Assembly: GCA_016209685.1 (NCBI GenBank)
Contig: JACQVQ010000013.1
Span: 102,341 to 166,340, forward strand
Length of the DNA stretch: 64,000 nucleotides
Direction of reading: 5' to 3'
Origin: Planctomycetota bacterium
GTDB lineage: Bacteria; Planctomycetota; Brocadiia; Brocadiales; Bathyanammoxibiaceae
The number at the start of each line of letters is the position of its first letter. The first letter of the stretch is position 1. The notes beneath the pieces were generated by a model. It saw only the letters and a list, made by a program, of their open reading frames with translations, ran no database searches and had not been told where the DNA came from. Positions 18,236 through 27,307 of this stretch are shown one piece after another. Position numbers and translations under genes: made by a program.

Positions 18236-19465
18236 ATGAAGGACACCAAGTGCGAGGTCTTACCCCAGGAAGTAGTAGCGCCTCAGGCGTTTACTATAGA
18301 AGTGGCCTCAAGGGTTAAACGCCTACCCCCATACCTGTTTGGCAGGTTAAACCAGATAAAGTACGAAAAACGTACCCAGGGCATTGACATTATAGACCTG
18401 GGTATGGGCAACCCTATAGACCCCACGCCCCATCCCATTGTGGAAAAACTCTGCGAGGCAGTCCATGACCCCAGGAACCACCGCTACAGCACAAACGCCA
18501 TCGGCCTCTTTAACCTCAGGAGGGAGGTAGCCCACTTCTACGAGAGGGAATGGGGGGTGGAATTAGACCCCTCAAGGGAGGTGGTATGTACCATTGGCTC
18601 TAAGGAGGGGCTTTCCCACCTCTTCCTGGCCCTCCTGGAACCGGGAAACACCACCCTGGTACCCAGCCCGGCCTTCCCTGTGCATCTACACGGTCCTGCC
18701 CTGGCGGGGGCAAGGGTAGCCACCATCCCATTAAGAGAACAAGATGAACTCCTCGGCGAAATAGTACAGGCAATTGAGTCAGAGAAGCCAAAGGTGCTGA
18801 TACTAAATTTTCCTCATAACCCTACTGCCATGACCGTGGAGCTTGGTTTTTTTGAAGAGATAGTGAGCATTGCCCGTAGGTATAACGTTATAGTCGTCCA
18901 TGACTTTGCCTACTGCTGTACGGCCTTTGATGGGTACAAACCCCCGAGTTTCCTCCAGGTAAAAGGGGCCAAGGAGGTGGGCGTAGAATTTAACACCATG
19001 TCCAAGATATTTAACATGCCTGGCTGGCGACTGGGTTTCTGCGTAGGGAATCGCCAGATTATAGAGGCCCTGGCCCGTATAAAGGGCTACTACGATTATG
19101 GCATATTTCAGCCGGTGCAGATTGCCAGTATAATAGCCCTGAGGGAGTGCGGGGCCTACGCCGCGGAACAGGCCAGGCTTTATCAGCACCGGCGAGACAT
19201 CCTCGTAGATGGTCTCAGCCGCTCGGGCTGGCAGGTAGAGAAACCCAGGGCTACCATGTTCGTCTGGGCACCCATCCACGAAAAGTACCGCTCCATTGGT
19301 TCAATGGAGTTCAGCCTCATGATGCTTAACGAGGCCAAGGTCTCGGTGTCCCCAGGGTTGGCCTTCGGACAGGAGGGAGAAGGGTTTTTGCGTTTTGCCC
19401 TGGTAGAGAATGAACTGAGGCTAAAACAGGCGATACGCCAGATTCACAAGGCGATTAATAAATAG
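18236..19465 (+). CDS. class I/II PLP-dependent aminotransferase (AlaA/AlaC-like)
   Basis: 409-aa ORF; LPPYLFGRLN...IDLGMGNP N-terminus, NFPHNPTA, PLP-lysine context SKIFNMPGWRLG. Confidence 0.85.
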   Translation: MKDTKCEVLPQEVVAPQAFTIEVASRVKRLPPYLFGRLNQIKYEKRTQGIDIIDLGMGNPIDPTPHPIVEKLCEAVHDPRNHRYSTNAIGLFNLRREVAHFYEREWGVELDPSREVVCTIGSKEGLSHLFLALLEPGNTTLVPSPAFPVHLHGPALAGARVATIPLREQDELLGEIVQAIESEKPKVLILNFPHNPTAMTVELGFFEEIVSIARRYNVIVVHDFAYCCTAFDGYKPPSFLQVKGAKEVGVEFNTMSKIFNMPGWRLGFCVGNRQIIEALARIKGYYDYGIFQPVQIASIIALRECGAYAAEQARLYQHRRDILVDGLSRSGWQVEKPRATMFVWAPIHEKYRSIGSMEFSLMMLNEAKVSVSPGLAFGQEGEGFLRFALVENELRLKQAIRQIHKAINK

Positions 19466-19480
19466 GACAGGAGATGGCTT

Positions 19481-20884
19481 ATGGCTGCAGAAATGAAAGG
19501 ACTTAAGAGCTTCCAGGGAGGGATACATCCCCCCTTTGACGGAAAATCCCTTTCTAAAGATAGAGAGATAGTCCAGTTCCCATTACCAGAGGTAGCCTAT
19601 TTATGCATGAGTCAGCATATCGGGGCACCTGCCAAGGTAGTGGTGGCTAAAGGTGACGTGGTGAAGAAGGGGCAAAAGGTAGGTGAGGCGCCAGGTCTTA
19701 TCTCTGCCAACGTCCATGCCTCAATAGCGGGCAAGGTAACGGACATCACGTTCAAGCCCCACCCCGTCACAGGTGCCAGGACCCAGGTGGTGGTCATCCA
19801 GAGGGAAGGGGAGGACATGTGGGCACCAGGACTTGATGAGCCACAGGACGTGGAGGCCATGACCCCTGATGATATAAGGAATTTAGTCAGGGAGGCGGGG
19901 ATGGTGGGTCTTGGTGGAGCCACCTTTCCCACGCACGTGAAGCTCAGTCCTCCCAAGGATAAGACGGTGGACGCCGTAATCCTCAACGGTGCCGAGTGTG
20001 AACCCTATCTTACCTGCGATTACCGCCTCCTCATGGAAAAGACCAGGGAGGTTATAGAGGGGCTGAGGATAGTCATGAAGTGCCTGGGCTGCAAAAATGG
20101 CTACGTTGGCATAGAGGCCAACAAGATGGATGCCTACGAGAGGGTGAAGGCCGTCGTGGGGCATGACGCCCACATAAAGGTAGAACTCCTGGAGGTAAAG
20201 TACCCACAGGGTGCCGAGCATCAACTCGTAAAGGCCATCCTGGGCAGGGAGTTCAAGCCCACACAGCTACCCATAGAGGCAGGGGCGGTGGTTCATAACG
20301 TCAGCACTACCTACGCCATCTATGAGGCGGTGAAGCATAGGAGGCCCCTCGTCCAGAGGGTAATCTCCATAACCGGGGACGGTGTGGAAAGGCCCGCTAA
20401 CTTGTTGGTGAGGGTAGGTTCTCCCATTGAGCCGCTCCTTAAGGCCTCCGGCCTCAAGGCAGAGGCCAATAAGGTCGTCTACGGCGGGCCTATGATGGGC
20501 ATTGCCCAACCCGCCGTTACCGACGCCGTTACCATCAAAGGTACGGGTGGAATACTGGTAATGAGCAGTGCAGGGGAGTGGCAGTCCCACGCCTGCATCC
20601 GGTGCGGCAAGTGCATTGAGGCCTGTCCTTATGGATTGAACCCAAGTTATCTGAGTATCCTCTGTGAATCCGAGCACTTCCAGCAGGCCATGGAGTTCAA
20701 CCTCATGGAGTGTAAGGAGTGCGGATGCTGTACCTACGTCTGCACCTCCCGCAGGCCGATTGTGCATCTAATAAAGACTGCCAAGTATGAGCTTGGGAGG
20801 CAGAAGGCCAGGGCCCAGGAGGCCCAGAAGGCCAAAGAGGCACAAAAGGTCCAGGCGGCGGCCGCTCCTGCTACGACCAAATAA
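19481..20884 (+). CDS. rnfC: Rnf complex subunit C
   Basis: 467-aa ORF; GLGGATFPTHVK nucleotide-binding region; two 4Fe-4S motifs CIRCGKCIEACP and CKECGCCTYVCTS. Confidence 0.9.
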   Translation: MAAEMKGLKSFQGGIHPPFDGKSLSKDREIVQFPLPEVAYLCMSQHIGAPAKVVVAKGDVVKKGQKVGEAPGLISANVHASIAGKVTDITFKPHPVTGARTQVVVIQREGEDMWAPGLDEPQDVEAMTPDDIRNLVREAGMVGLGGATFPTHVKLSPPKDKTVDAVILNGAECEPYLTCDYRLLMEKTREVIEGLRIVMKCLGCKNGYVGIEANKMDAYERVKAVVGHDAHIKVELLEVKYPQGAEHQLVKAILGREFKPTQLPIEAGAVVHNVSTTYAIYEAVKHRRPLVQRVISITGDGVERPANLLVRVGSPIEPLLKASGLKAEANKVVYGGPMMGIAQPAVTDAVTIKGTGGILVMSSAGEWQSHACIRCGKCIEACPYGLNPSYLSILCESEHFQQAMEFNLMECKECGCCTYVCTSRRPIVHLIKTAKYELGRQKARAQEAQKAKEAQKVQAAAAPATTK

Positions 20885-20980
20885 CGGAGGCATTTCTTTA
20901 GTAAGCCACACACAGGGATAACGGGTTTCCCTGTTTACTGTCTACTGTTTGCTGTCTACTGTCTAAAGGAGAGCGCTTTT

Positions 20981-22018
20981 ATGTCCAATGCCCAAGAAAA
21001 GGTGGTGACACCCGCCTCAGGCGGACTTCCGACAAGGGAACTGCTGGTTACCACCTCTCCTCATATTAGGGGTCCGGAGGATATACCCAGGGTGATGTGG
21101 ACGGTAGTGGGTGCCCTGTTACCTGCGGGCCTGGTGGGTGTGTATTTTTTTGGTTATTACGCCCTCTTCATCGTCATCTTGAGCGTGCTGGCCGCCGTCT
21201 TGACGGAGGCAGTCATACAAAAATATCTCCTCGGCCAGCCGGTTTCCGTTAAGGACGGCAGCGCCGTAATCACGGGGCTTCTCCTGGCCTATATACTACC
21301 CCCCGGTGTACCCTGGTACATACCAGTGGTAGGGGCCATATTTGCTATTGGCATAGTAAAACATGCCTTCGGCGGACTGGGTAACAACATCTGGAACCCA
21401 GCCCTGGCAGCCAGGGCCTTCCTCCAGGTGGCCTATCCTGCCCCCATCAACTCCGACTGGCGAATCATAAAAGAGAGCGGAGGCATCCTGTCAAATATTA
21501 CCGGTATGGATGCCATCACACAGGCCAGCCCCTTACTCAAGGAATTCGGCGGCAAGACCTATAGCTACATGGACCTCTTGATAGGAAGGGTCCCAGGCTG
21601 TATCGGGGAGACCTCTGCCATCGCCCTGATGCTGGGTGGGGCATATCTAATCTACAGGGGGTACGTAGATTGGCGGGTGCCTGTGGGATACATAGGGACC
21701 GTCTTTGTCCTGGCAAAGCTCCTGCCTGCGCGGATAGAGGCCCCCTGGGCCAATGACCCAATCTACCACGTGCTGGCAGGGGGGCTTATGCTGGGGGCCT
21801 TCTTCATGGCCACGGACATGGTCACCTCCCCCCTGACCAGGAGGGGACTCCTCATCTTCGGTATAGGCTGTGGGGTGCTAACTACCCTGATAAGATTTTA
21901 TGCGGCCTATCCTGAGGGGGTTTGTTACTCCATCCTCCTCATGAACACGGCTACTCCCCTCATTGACAGATTCACTCAACCAACACTACTGGGGTCCGCC
22001 TCAGGCGGAAAGAAATAA
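20981..22018 (+). CDS. rnfD: Rnf complex subunit D (NqrB/RnfD family)
   Basis: 345-aa polytopic membrane ORF directly after rnfC; SPHIRGPE...MWTVVGALLPA N-terminus typical of RnfD. The last 8 codons (GSASGGKK) overlap a CCGCC hairpin repeat. Confidence 0.85.
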   Translation: MSNAQEKVVTPASGGLPTRELLVTTSPHIRGPEDIPRVMWTVVGALLPAGLVGVYFFGYYALFIVILSVLAAVLTEAVIQKYLLGQPVSVKDGSAVITGLLLAYILPPGVPWYIPVVGAIFAIGIVKHAFGGLGNNIWNPALAARAFLQVAYPAPINSDWRIIKESGGILSNITGMDAITQASPLLKEFGGKTYSYMDLLIGRVPGCIGETSAIALMLGGAYLIYRGYVDWRVPVGYIGTVFVLAKLLPARIEAPWANDPIYHVLAGGLMLGAFFMATDMVTSPLTRRGLLIFGIGCGVLTTLIRFYAAYPEGVCYSILLMNTATPLIDRFTQPTLLGSASGGKK

Positions 22019-22019
22019 A

Positions 22020-22649
22020 ATGGGAAAGAAACTACGGTACACGGTAGTACTCGGTATCATCTCCATAATTACGGCGGTAGGCGTGGGGGTCACCTATGTA
22101 ACCACGAAGGAGAAGATAAGACAGAAAGAAGAGGCCAGGCGGATGGAGGCCCTACTAACCGTCCTGCCAGGGCTGGAGGGACAGCCCCAGGAGGTTACGC
22201 CCCCCGGGGCAGCCCCCGAGGAGAAGGTCTACAAGGGGTTAGACAAAGACCAGAAGGTCATAGGTTATGCCGCCCTTGGCCAGGCCCAGGGCTACTCCAG
22301 CACCATAAAGACTATGGTGGGCCTGTCTCCTGACATGCAAAAAGTCCTGGCCATCAAGGTCCTGGCCCAGGGAGAGACCCCTGGCCTTGGCACCAGGGTC
22401 ATGGAGATAGCGACCACCAAGACCCTCTGGAAACTCCTTATGGGCGGCGGGGCTTCCCCTGCCGCAGCCGAACCATTGACCCCCTGGTTCCAGGAACAGT
22501 TCAAAGACAAGGCCCTCAATCAGCTAACGGTGGTCAGGGAGTCCGACCCCACGAAGATTCAGGCCATCACCGGGGCTACTATCAGTACCAAGGCAGTGGT
22601 GGCCTCCGTGGAAAATGGGGTGAAGAAGATAAAGGCTACAGTAAAGTAG
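22020..22649 (+). CDS. rnfG: Rnf complex subunit G
   Basis: ORF track starts 21963 inside rnfD; ATG 22020 lies 1 nt after the rnfD TAA. N-terminal TM helix and FMN-attachment-type motif ITGATISTKAV. Confidence 0.85.
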   Translation: MGKKLRYTVVLGIISIITAVGVGVTYVTTKEKIRQKEEARRMEALLTVLPGLEGQPQEVTPPGAAPEEKVYKGLDKDQKVIGYAALGQAQGYSSTIKTMVGLSPDMQKVLAIKVLAQGETPGLGTRVMEIATTKTLWKLLMGGGASPAAAEPLTPWFQEQFKDKALNQLTVVRESDPTKIQAITGATISTKAVVASVENGVKKIKATVK

Positions 22650-22673
22650 GGGCATGTTGCAACGTGCCCCTAC
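22646..22673. repeat. REP-like palindrome GTAGGGGCATGTTGCAACGTGCCCCTAC
   Basis: The rnfG TAG stop (22647-22649) lies within the GTAG end. Confidence 0.85.
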
Positions 22674-22720
22674 CAGGGGTTAGCAGTCTTTTTCCCTACC
22701 CCCTACTCCCTATCCCCTGG

Positions 22721-22780
22721 TTCTGCAACTGTTCCAGGAAGGCCACACGGGTGCGTATCCGGCTATGGGCGATAGGGGTG
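22721..22780 (-). pseudogene. remnant A of the 3' end of the dehydratase-like gene (23720..25687)
   Basis: 60 nt align to 23733-23795 with a 3-nt deletion and 5 mismatches. Minus-strand translation FTPIAHSRIRTRVAFLEQLQN vs the real C-terminus YTPSAHGQIRTRVEAFLEQLQNVNR. Confidence 0.75.
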
Positions 22781-22853
22781 AAGGGAGGTGGTTTGTTTTA
22801 CCCATTTTGTGCCGTTAAACAGGGGGCATTGAAAATTGAAAGGAGTAGACGCC

Positions 22854-23096
22854 ATGCCAATGGTGAAGTGTAAGCGGTGCGGTGGAAGTGGGGTTTCCAC
22901 CGACCAAAATCCAACAAGACCAGGTGTTTACAATTGGTGTAAAGGATGCGAGGGGGATGGTGCAGTTAATGTGCCCGACCCTAATAATTCGTGTAAAAGA
23001 TGCGGTGGAAGTGGGGTTTCCACTGACCAAAATCCAACAAGACCAGGTGTTTACAATTGGTGTGCTGGATGTGCTGGGTCGGGGTATGCAAGGTAA
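22854..23096 (+). CDS. 80-aa cysteine-rich protein with four DnaJ-type CxxCxGxG zinc-finger motifs (tandem duplication)
   Basis: SD AAGGAG + ATG 22854 (ORF track 22836). Motifs CKRCGGSG, CKGCEGDG, CKRCGGSG, CAGCAGSG. Internal 72-nt units 22869-22940 and 22992-23063 differ at 4 positions. Confidence 0.6.
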   Translation: MPMVKCKRCGGSGVSTDQNPTRPGVYNWCKGCEGDGAVNVPDPNNSCKRCGGSGVSTDQNPTRPGVYNWCAGCAGSGYAR

Positions 23097-23167
23097 TGGG
23101 GTGCTAATCGGCCGGTGGCGTTGATGTTAGGATGCTGGTTTGGGTCTTTAATGCCTGCCTTCTGTTA

Positions 23168-23203
23168 TTCTGCAACTGTTCCAGAAATGCCTCTACACGG
23201 GTG
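23168..23203 (-). pseudogene. remnant B of the 3' end of the dehydratase-like gene
   Basis: 36 nt match 23733-23768 at 34/36 (encodes VEAFLEQLQN in the host-gene frame); overlaps the stop of the NTase gene. Confidence 0.65.
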
Positions 23204-23579
23204 GCAAGAGACTCCAAGACGGGCTGGAATAAACCCAGACGACTTCACGCCTAATCCTTTCGTAAGATTGTCCCTGCCGTGCAAGGCCCTGCCATTCCTC
23301 CTCTGTGTAGACCAGTACGTCTGCCGGGACAGGTAACTCGGTTATATCCCATTCCGAGGCCCGCCGCATGAAGGGGTGTTGTGAGTCCTTAACAATTATG
23401 ATTAGGTCAAGGTCGCTTCCTACGCCCCAGTCCCCCCGGGCATAGGAGCCAAAATAACCGATACTTAGTACATCTTTTCGGGTCTTCACGGCCTTGTCAA
23501 CCCACTGGCCCACTGCCCGTTTGACCGTCTGTGCATCAGGCCATCTGAGAACGGACGAACTCAATAATCTCACGGGCAT
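23193..23579 (-). CDS. MNT-type nucleotidyltransferase-domain protein (orphan, no HEPN partner seen)
   Basis: 128-aa ORF; GYFGSYARGDWGVGSDLDLIIIV is the GS-x10-DxD pol-beta NTase motif. Confidence 0.75.
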   Translation of the reverse strand: MPVRLLSSSVLRWPDAQTVKRAVGQWVDKAVKTRKDVLSIGYFGSYARGDWGVGSDLDLIIIVKDSQHPFMRRASEWDITELPVPADVLVYTEEEWQGLARQGQSYERIRREVVWVYSSPSWSLLPPV

Positions 23580-23640
23580 AATTTTTGGACTTTAGTCCGC
23601 CTGAGGCGGATGGACTAAAATCTTTCAGTCTATTGTCTAT

Positions 23641-23668
23641 AGTAGGGGCGTATTGCGATACGCCCCTA
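23641..23668. repeat. REP-like palindrome GTAGGGGCGTATTGCGATACGCCCCTAC
   Basis: Differs from the 8849 copy by one loop base. Confidence 0.85.
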
Positions 23669-23719
23669 CTACTGTCTACTGTTTGCTGTCTACTGTCTTA
23701 CGCAGGCTAAAGCCTGCGG

Positions 23720-25687
23720 CTACCTGTTTACGTTCTGCAACTGTTCCAGGAAGGCCTCTACACGGGTGCGTATCTGGCCGTGGGCGCTGGGGGTGTAATC
23801 ACAGGTGAGGTGTAGCAGGGGGATGTTCCTCTTCTCAAATTCCTTCTTAAAGAGGGGGTAGTCGTACAGAGAATGGTCACAGAACTTCAGGGTATGGTAG
23901 ATGGCCCCATGTATGGAGCGTTTTTCTATTATGGACAGGATTCTGTTTATCCTGTCAAAGACGTTGGCCATGCGTGAGCAGGGTGACTTCCCAAGGTACC
24001 GGCCTGCCAGGGCCAAAAAGGGGTCGTCCTGTACCTCTACCAGGGCTTCGTAGAATCTGGAACCACTGCAGAGGTCGTCCGCCACTACCCTGGCCCCCGC
24101 CTCTTCTATAGTCTTTATTATCTCTTCGTTCTCCAGGATGCCCCCCCATATAAGGAGTCTTGGCAGTGCCTTGGTCTCTTTTGTGCAAGGGCGACCCACC
24201 GGGTCGCCCCTACCATCTTTCGTCAGACCCGCCGGGTCGTCACTACAATCTTTCATCAGGAGGGTAATATAATCGTGGAACTTCTCAGGGACGGCATTGA
24301 TTCCCCTCTTCATGAGGGAGAAGACCTCGTATCCCGAGTGGTTCAGGTATCCATTCCATTGTTTCTGTAAGAAAAGTTTGGCCTTCCCCCTGACCTTATT
24401 ATAGAGTGCGATGCTCTTGTGGAGCTCTTCCTGGGTAATCTTGCGGTTGCAGTATTTCTCTAACCTCTCCTTGAAGTTCTTTATCAGGAGGCTGAAGTAG
24501 TTTATGGCGGCCGCATCGTTAGTCTTGGGCAGGTCCAGGATGTAATTGAACTTCTTGTCTCCGTCCAGACGCTTCCAGGCGTCGTACAGCCTGCGCATCC
24601 CGTCACAGGAGTTCATGAACACTATCCCTTCCAGCCCTTCCAGACTGCCCGAGAGTTTCTCCTCCATAGCGGCCTTTATGTAAGGGCAGATATTGGTGCA
24701 GAGGTGCTCTTCGGCCAGTCCTTCGGCCTTCTTTGCCCCGGTTATCCTGACGGGATGGAACCCCGCCGCCCGGATGACCTCTATCGGGGTATAGGTGCAC
24801 AGGTAACCCATCCTGGGGAGATTGCTCTCCTCCAAGGAGGCGTCGGCCTTAATCTCTTCCACGGGCCTCTCTTCAGCGGTGGATTTCACCTGGATTGAGG
24901 GGCTGTTTCTTTTGCCGGCACTTTCCAGCCCAATAAGGGCGGCCCCTACTGCCCCGACAATCTGAGGGTCCGGGGACATCCTGAGCCTCGTACTCAACAG
25001 CCTTTCCAGTTCCTTGACCATGCCCACGTTCTTGGCCACCCCTCCGCTCATTACCACCTGTTCCTCTACGCCCACACGGCGGGTCTGGGCGGCAATCCTC
25101 TTGGCTATTGCTATGTGGAGGGCGCGGCAGATGTCCTCCCTCTTGTGGTCTGCCCCTATGAGGGAGACCACCTCTGACTCTGCGAAGACCGTGCAGAGAC
25201 TGCTTATGGAGAGCTTATCGCCTCCCTGGAGAGAGAGTGCCCCCATCTCCTCCAGCTCTATCTCAAGGGTCCTGGCCATCACCTCCAGGAACCGACCGGT
25301 GCCGGCGGCGCACTTGTCGTTCATTACAAAATCCATAACGTTGCCACTCTGGTCAACCTTTATGACCTTGCTGTCCTGACCGCCTATGTCTATTACGGTC
25401 CTTACCTTGGGGAAGAAGTAATGTGCCCCTTTGGCATGACAGGTTATCTCGGTTACTACCTCCTGGGCGAAGGGTACCCTGATGCGGCCGTAACCAGTGG
25501 CCACCACGTAGTCAATGTCCTTCTCTGAAAGCCTGGCGACCTCCAGTACCTTCTTAAAGGCCTTGTCAGCGGCCTTCTTACTACTGGCCCCCGTAGCTAT
25601 TACCTCAGAGGCCACAATCTCCCTCTTATCGTTCAGCAACACTACGTCTGTTGATAAAGACCCAATATCAATGCCAAGACTCAACAT
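23720..25687 (-). CDS. fusion of BcrAD/BadFG/HgdC-type activase ATPase with HgdB/BcrC-like dehydratase-component domain
   Basis: 655-aa ORF; N-terminal GIDIGSLSTD and NDKCAAGTGRFLE (activase hallmarks); C-terminal half resembles 2-hydroxyacyl-CoA dehydratase D-component. Contains a REP-like insert at 24188-24213. Confidence 0.8.
   Translation of the reverse strand: MLSLGIDIGSLSTDVVLLNDKREIVASEVIATGASSKKAADKAFKKVLEVARLSEKDIDYVVATGYGRIRVPFAQEVVTEITCHAKGAHYFFPKVRTVIDIGGQDSKVIKVDQSGNVMDFVMNDKCAAGTGRFLEVMARTLEIELEEMGALSLQGGDKLSISSLCTVFAESEVVSLIGADHKREDICRALHIAIAKRIAAQTRRVGVEEQVVMSGGVAKNVGMVKELERLLSTRLRMSPDPQIVGAVGAALIGLESAGKRNSPSIQVKSTAEERPVEEIKADASLEESNLPRMGYLCTYTPIEVIRAAGFHPVRITGAKKAEGLAEEHLCTNICPYIKAAMEEKLSGSLEGLEGIVFMNSCDGMRRLYDAWKRLDGDKKFNYILDLPKTNDAAAINYFSLLIKNFKERLEKYCNRKITQEELHKSIALYNKVRGKAKLFLQKQWNGYLNHSGYEVFSLMKRGINAVPEKFHDYITLLMKDCSDDPAGLTKDGRGDPVGRPCTKETKALPRLLIWGGILENEEIIKTIEEAGARVVADDLCSGSRFYEALVEVQDDPFLALAGRYLGKSPCSRMANVFDRINRILSIIEKRSIHGAIYHTLKFCDHSLYDYPLFKKEFEKRNIPLLHLTCDYTPSAHGQIRTRVEAFLEQLQNVNR
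24188..24213. repeat. REP-like palindrome AGGGCGACCCACCGGGTCGCCCCTAC inside the dehydratase-like CDS
   Basis: Read in-frame on the - strand as ...DGRGDPVGRPC... Confidence 0.7.
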
Positions 25688-25841
25688 AAATCACTCCTAT
25701 AAAATGAAAATCTGTCCATCCAAGCCTACCCCGCACCGTTCTGGTGCAGGGCCTGCCCTGAGTGAGGCGGCAGTAAGATAGCAAACTCCTACTGGACGGT
25801 CAAGCCTAAAATCAGGGACCAGGGGCTAGGGGGGTAGGGAA

Positions 25842-25909
25842 GAATTGCATTGTAAATTGGAAATTGCAAATTTTAAAATTTAAAATTTCCAATTTACATT
25901 TTACAATTC
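25842..25909. repeat. AT-rich 'AAATTG' word palindrome, copy 1
   Basis: GAATTGCATTGTAAATTGGAAATTGCAAATTTTAAAATTTAAAATTTCCAATTTACATTTTACAATTC; related to 60368-60427. Confidence 0.85.
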
Positions 25910-26105
25910 TGTCTGCCCTAAGCGGTGAGTAGGGGGCAGGGAAAGAATTCAGAATCCAGAATTCAGAATACTAACTACTGAAGACTTTGGACTATAGACT
26001 TTTGCAGGGTTCTCGTTGTATAATCCCTAGAAAGTTTTAATCCGAGGATAATAACACCACCCAGCGTATCGGAGGTAAAGGGCCATTATAACTATCTCAA
26101 AAGAG

Positions 26106-26510
26106 TTGAAGACCAAAGGGGATGGCGACTGCCACAATATCACTCCAGAGGTAGAGCAGGCGGTAAGGGATTCGGGGGTGAGTTCTGGACTGGTTAATAT
26201 CTTTATTCCCGGCTCTACGGCCGCACTGACCACCCTGGAATTTGAAGAAGGGGTAATAAAGGACCTTGCCGGGGCGATGGAAAGGCTTATCCCAAAAAAC
26301 ATACCCTACCAGCACGATGAACGCTGGCAGGATAGGAACGGGTACTCCCACGTAAGGGCGGCCCTCATGGGCCCCTCTCTTACTGTCCCCTTTGTAAATA
26401 GCGAGTTACAGCTTGGGCGCTGGCAGCAGATAGTCCTTATAGATTTTGACAACCGCAGCCGGAACAGGCAGTATCTTATTAATATCCTGGGGGGAGATAG
26501 GCATTCGTAG
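26106..26510 (+). CDS. YjbQ/UPF0047-family protein
   Basis: 134-aa ORF (TTG). ...STAALTTLEFEEGV...YSHVRAALMGPSLTVPF...LQLGRWQQIVLIDFDNR matches the YjbQ pattern. GGAGGT at 26071-26076 suggests an ATT/ATA start near 26085. Confidence 0.7.
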   Translation: MKTKGDGDCHNITPEVEQAVRDSGVSSGLVNIFIPGSTAALTTLEFEEGVIKDLAGAMERLIPKNIPYQHDERWQDRNGYSHVRAALMGPSLTVPFVNSELQLGRWQQIVLIDFDNRSRNRQYLINILGGDRHS

Positions 26511-26591
26511 GGACAGACCTTCAGGTCTGTCCCATCTCGGACAGGGCTAAAGTTGAAAATCCGCCATATTTTGGGCGGGCCCTGTCCCTAC
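26507..26591. repeat. composite REP-like + GTTGAAAATCC-core repeat between convergent yjbQ and immA-like genes
   Basis: GTAGGGACAGACCTTCAGGTCTGTCCC...GGACAGGGCTAAAGTTGAAAATCCGCCATATTTTGGGCGGGCCCTGTCCCTAC. The yjbQ TAG (26508-26510) and the immA-like stop (CTA 26588-26590) sit in the GTAG/CTAC ends. Confidence 0.85.
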
Positions 26592-27307
26592 AATTCAGTC
26601 CGCAATATCACCCTCTTCCAGTCCTCCCTGAAGATTGGCCAGCCCACAACGCTTATCTCTTCGTCCTTCAAGGATACCTCTGCCCCGCTTGTGGTTACCT
26701 CTTTCAGGCACTGACTTTCCAGTAGGTAGGAGGGTCTTACCGTAAAGGGGTAAGAACTCTTCCTCTTGTAGAGCCTCCCATTGTCAAAGATGGTTACTAT
26801 CATAGGTCTGAATTCCAGCATTCGGAAGGCTATAAGCTCGTGGCTGGCCGTGGAGTAGGTCTTTTTTAGCCTCAGGAGGTCAAAGTCTGAGACCTCAGCA
26901 TCCCTTTTGAACCACTCTCCTGGCAGGAGGAGGTTGATGGCCATGAGATTACTGGCCTCCTCCAGGTGGGCCTCCTCTACCCTCCCCTTTAGGGACACCT
27001 CTCCTATCTCATGGGCAATGGTGAACTGCTTTCTCTCTGATTTATTGGGATTCTTACTGCCTACTATTATGGTTCCCAGGTCCCATCTAGTCCGGCTGTA
27101 ACCCCGGGTCTTTAAGTGGGGGTCTATCTGGACGGTTAGCCCCAGCTTCCTGGCTATCAGGTAGGCATCCACAGGGGGGGCATGGATATCCATCCTCTCC
27201 AGTAGCGCCCGGGCCTCTTGTTCTGCCAGGGCCGCTATGTCGGGAACCATCCTGCCGCTCTCCTGCCATTTATAGGGGATGTCCCCGCCACCCGATGGTT
27301 GAAGCAC
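26588..27307 (-). CDS. ImmA/IrrE-like (COG2856) domain protein with degenerate metal motif
   Basis: 239-aa ORF translationally coupled to the upstream XRE gene; FTIAHEIGEVSL occupies the HExxH position but reads HEIGE. Confidence 0.6.
   Translation of the reverse strand: MLQPSGGGDIPYKWQESGRMVPDIAALAEQEARALLERMDIHAPPVDAYLIARKLGLTVQIDPHLKTRGYSRTRWDLGTIIVGSKNPNKSERKQFTIAHEIGEVSLKGRVEEAHLEEASNLMAINLLLPGEWFKRDAEVSDFDLLRLKKTYSTASHELIAFRMLEFRPMIVTIFDNGRLYKRKSSYPFTVRPSYLLESQCLKEVTTSGAEVSLKDEEISVVGWPIFREDWKRVILRTEL

Noticed and set aside
22721-23795. Integron-like gene cassettes with attC sites around the Cys-rich and NTase genes
   Set aside because: The repeated boundary sequence is homologous to the coding 3' end of the adjacent gene rather than being an attC-type imperfect palindrome. 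I saw no GTTRRRY core sites and no intI.
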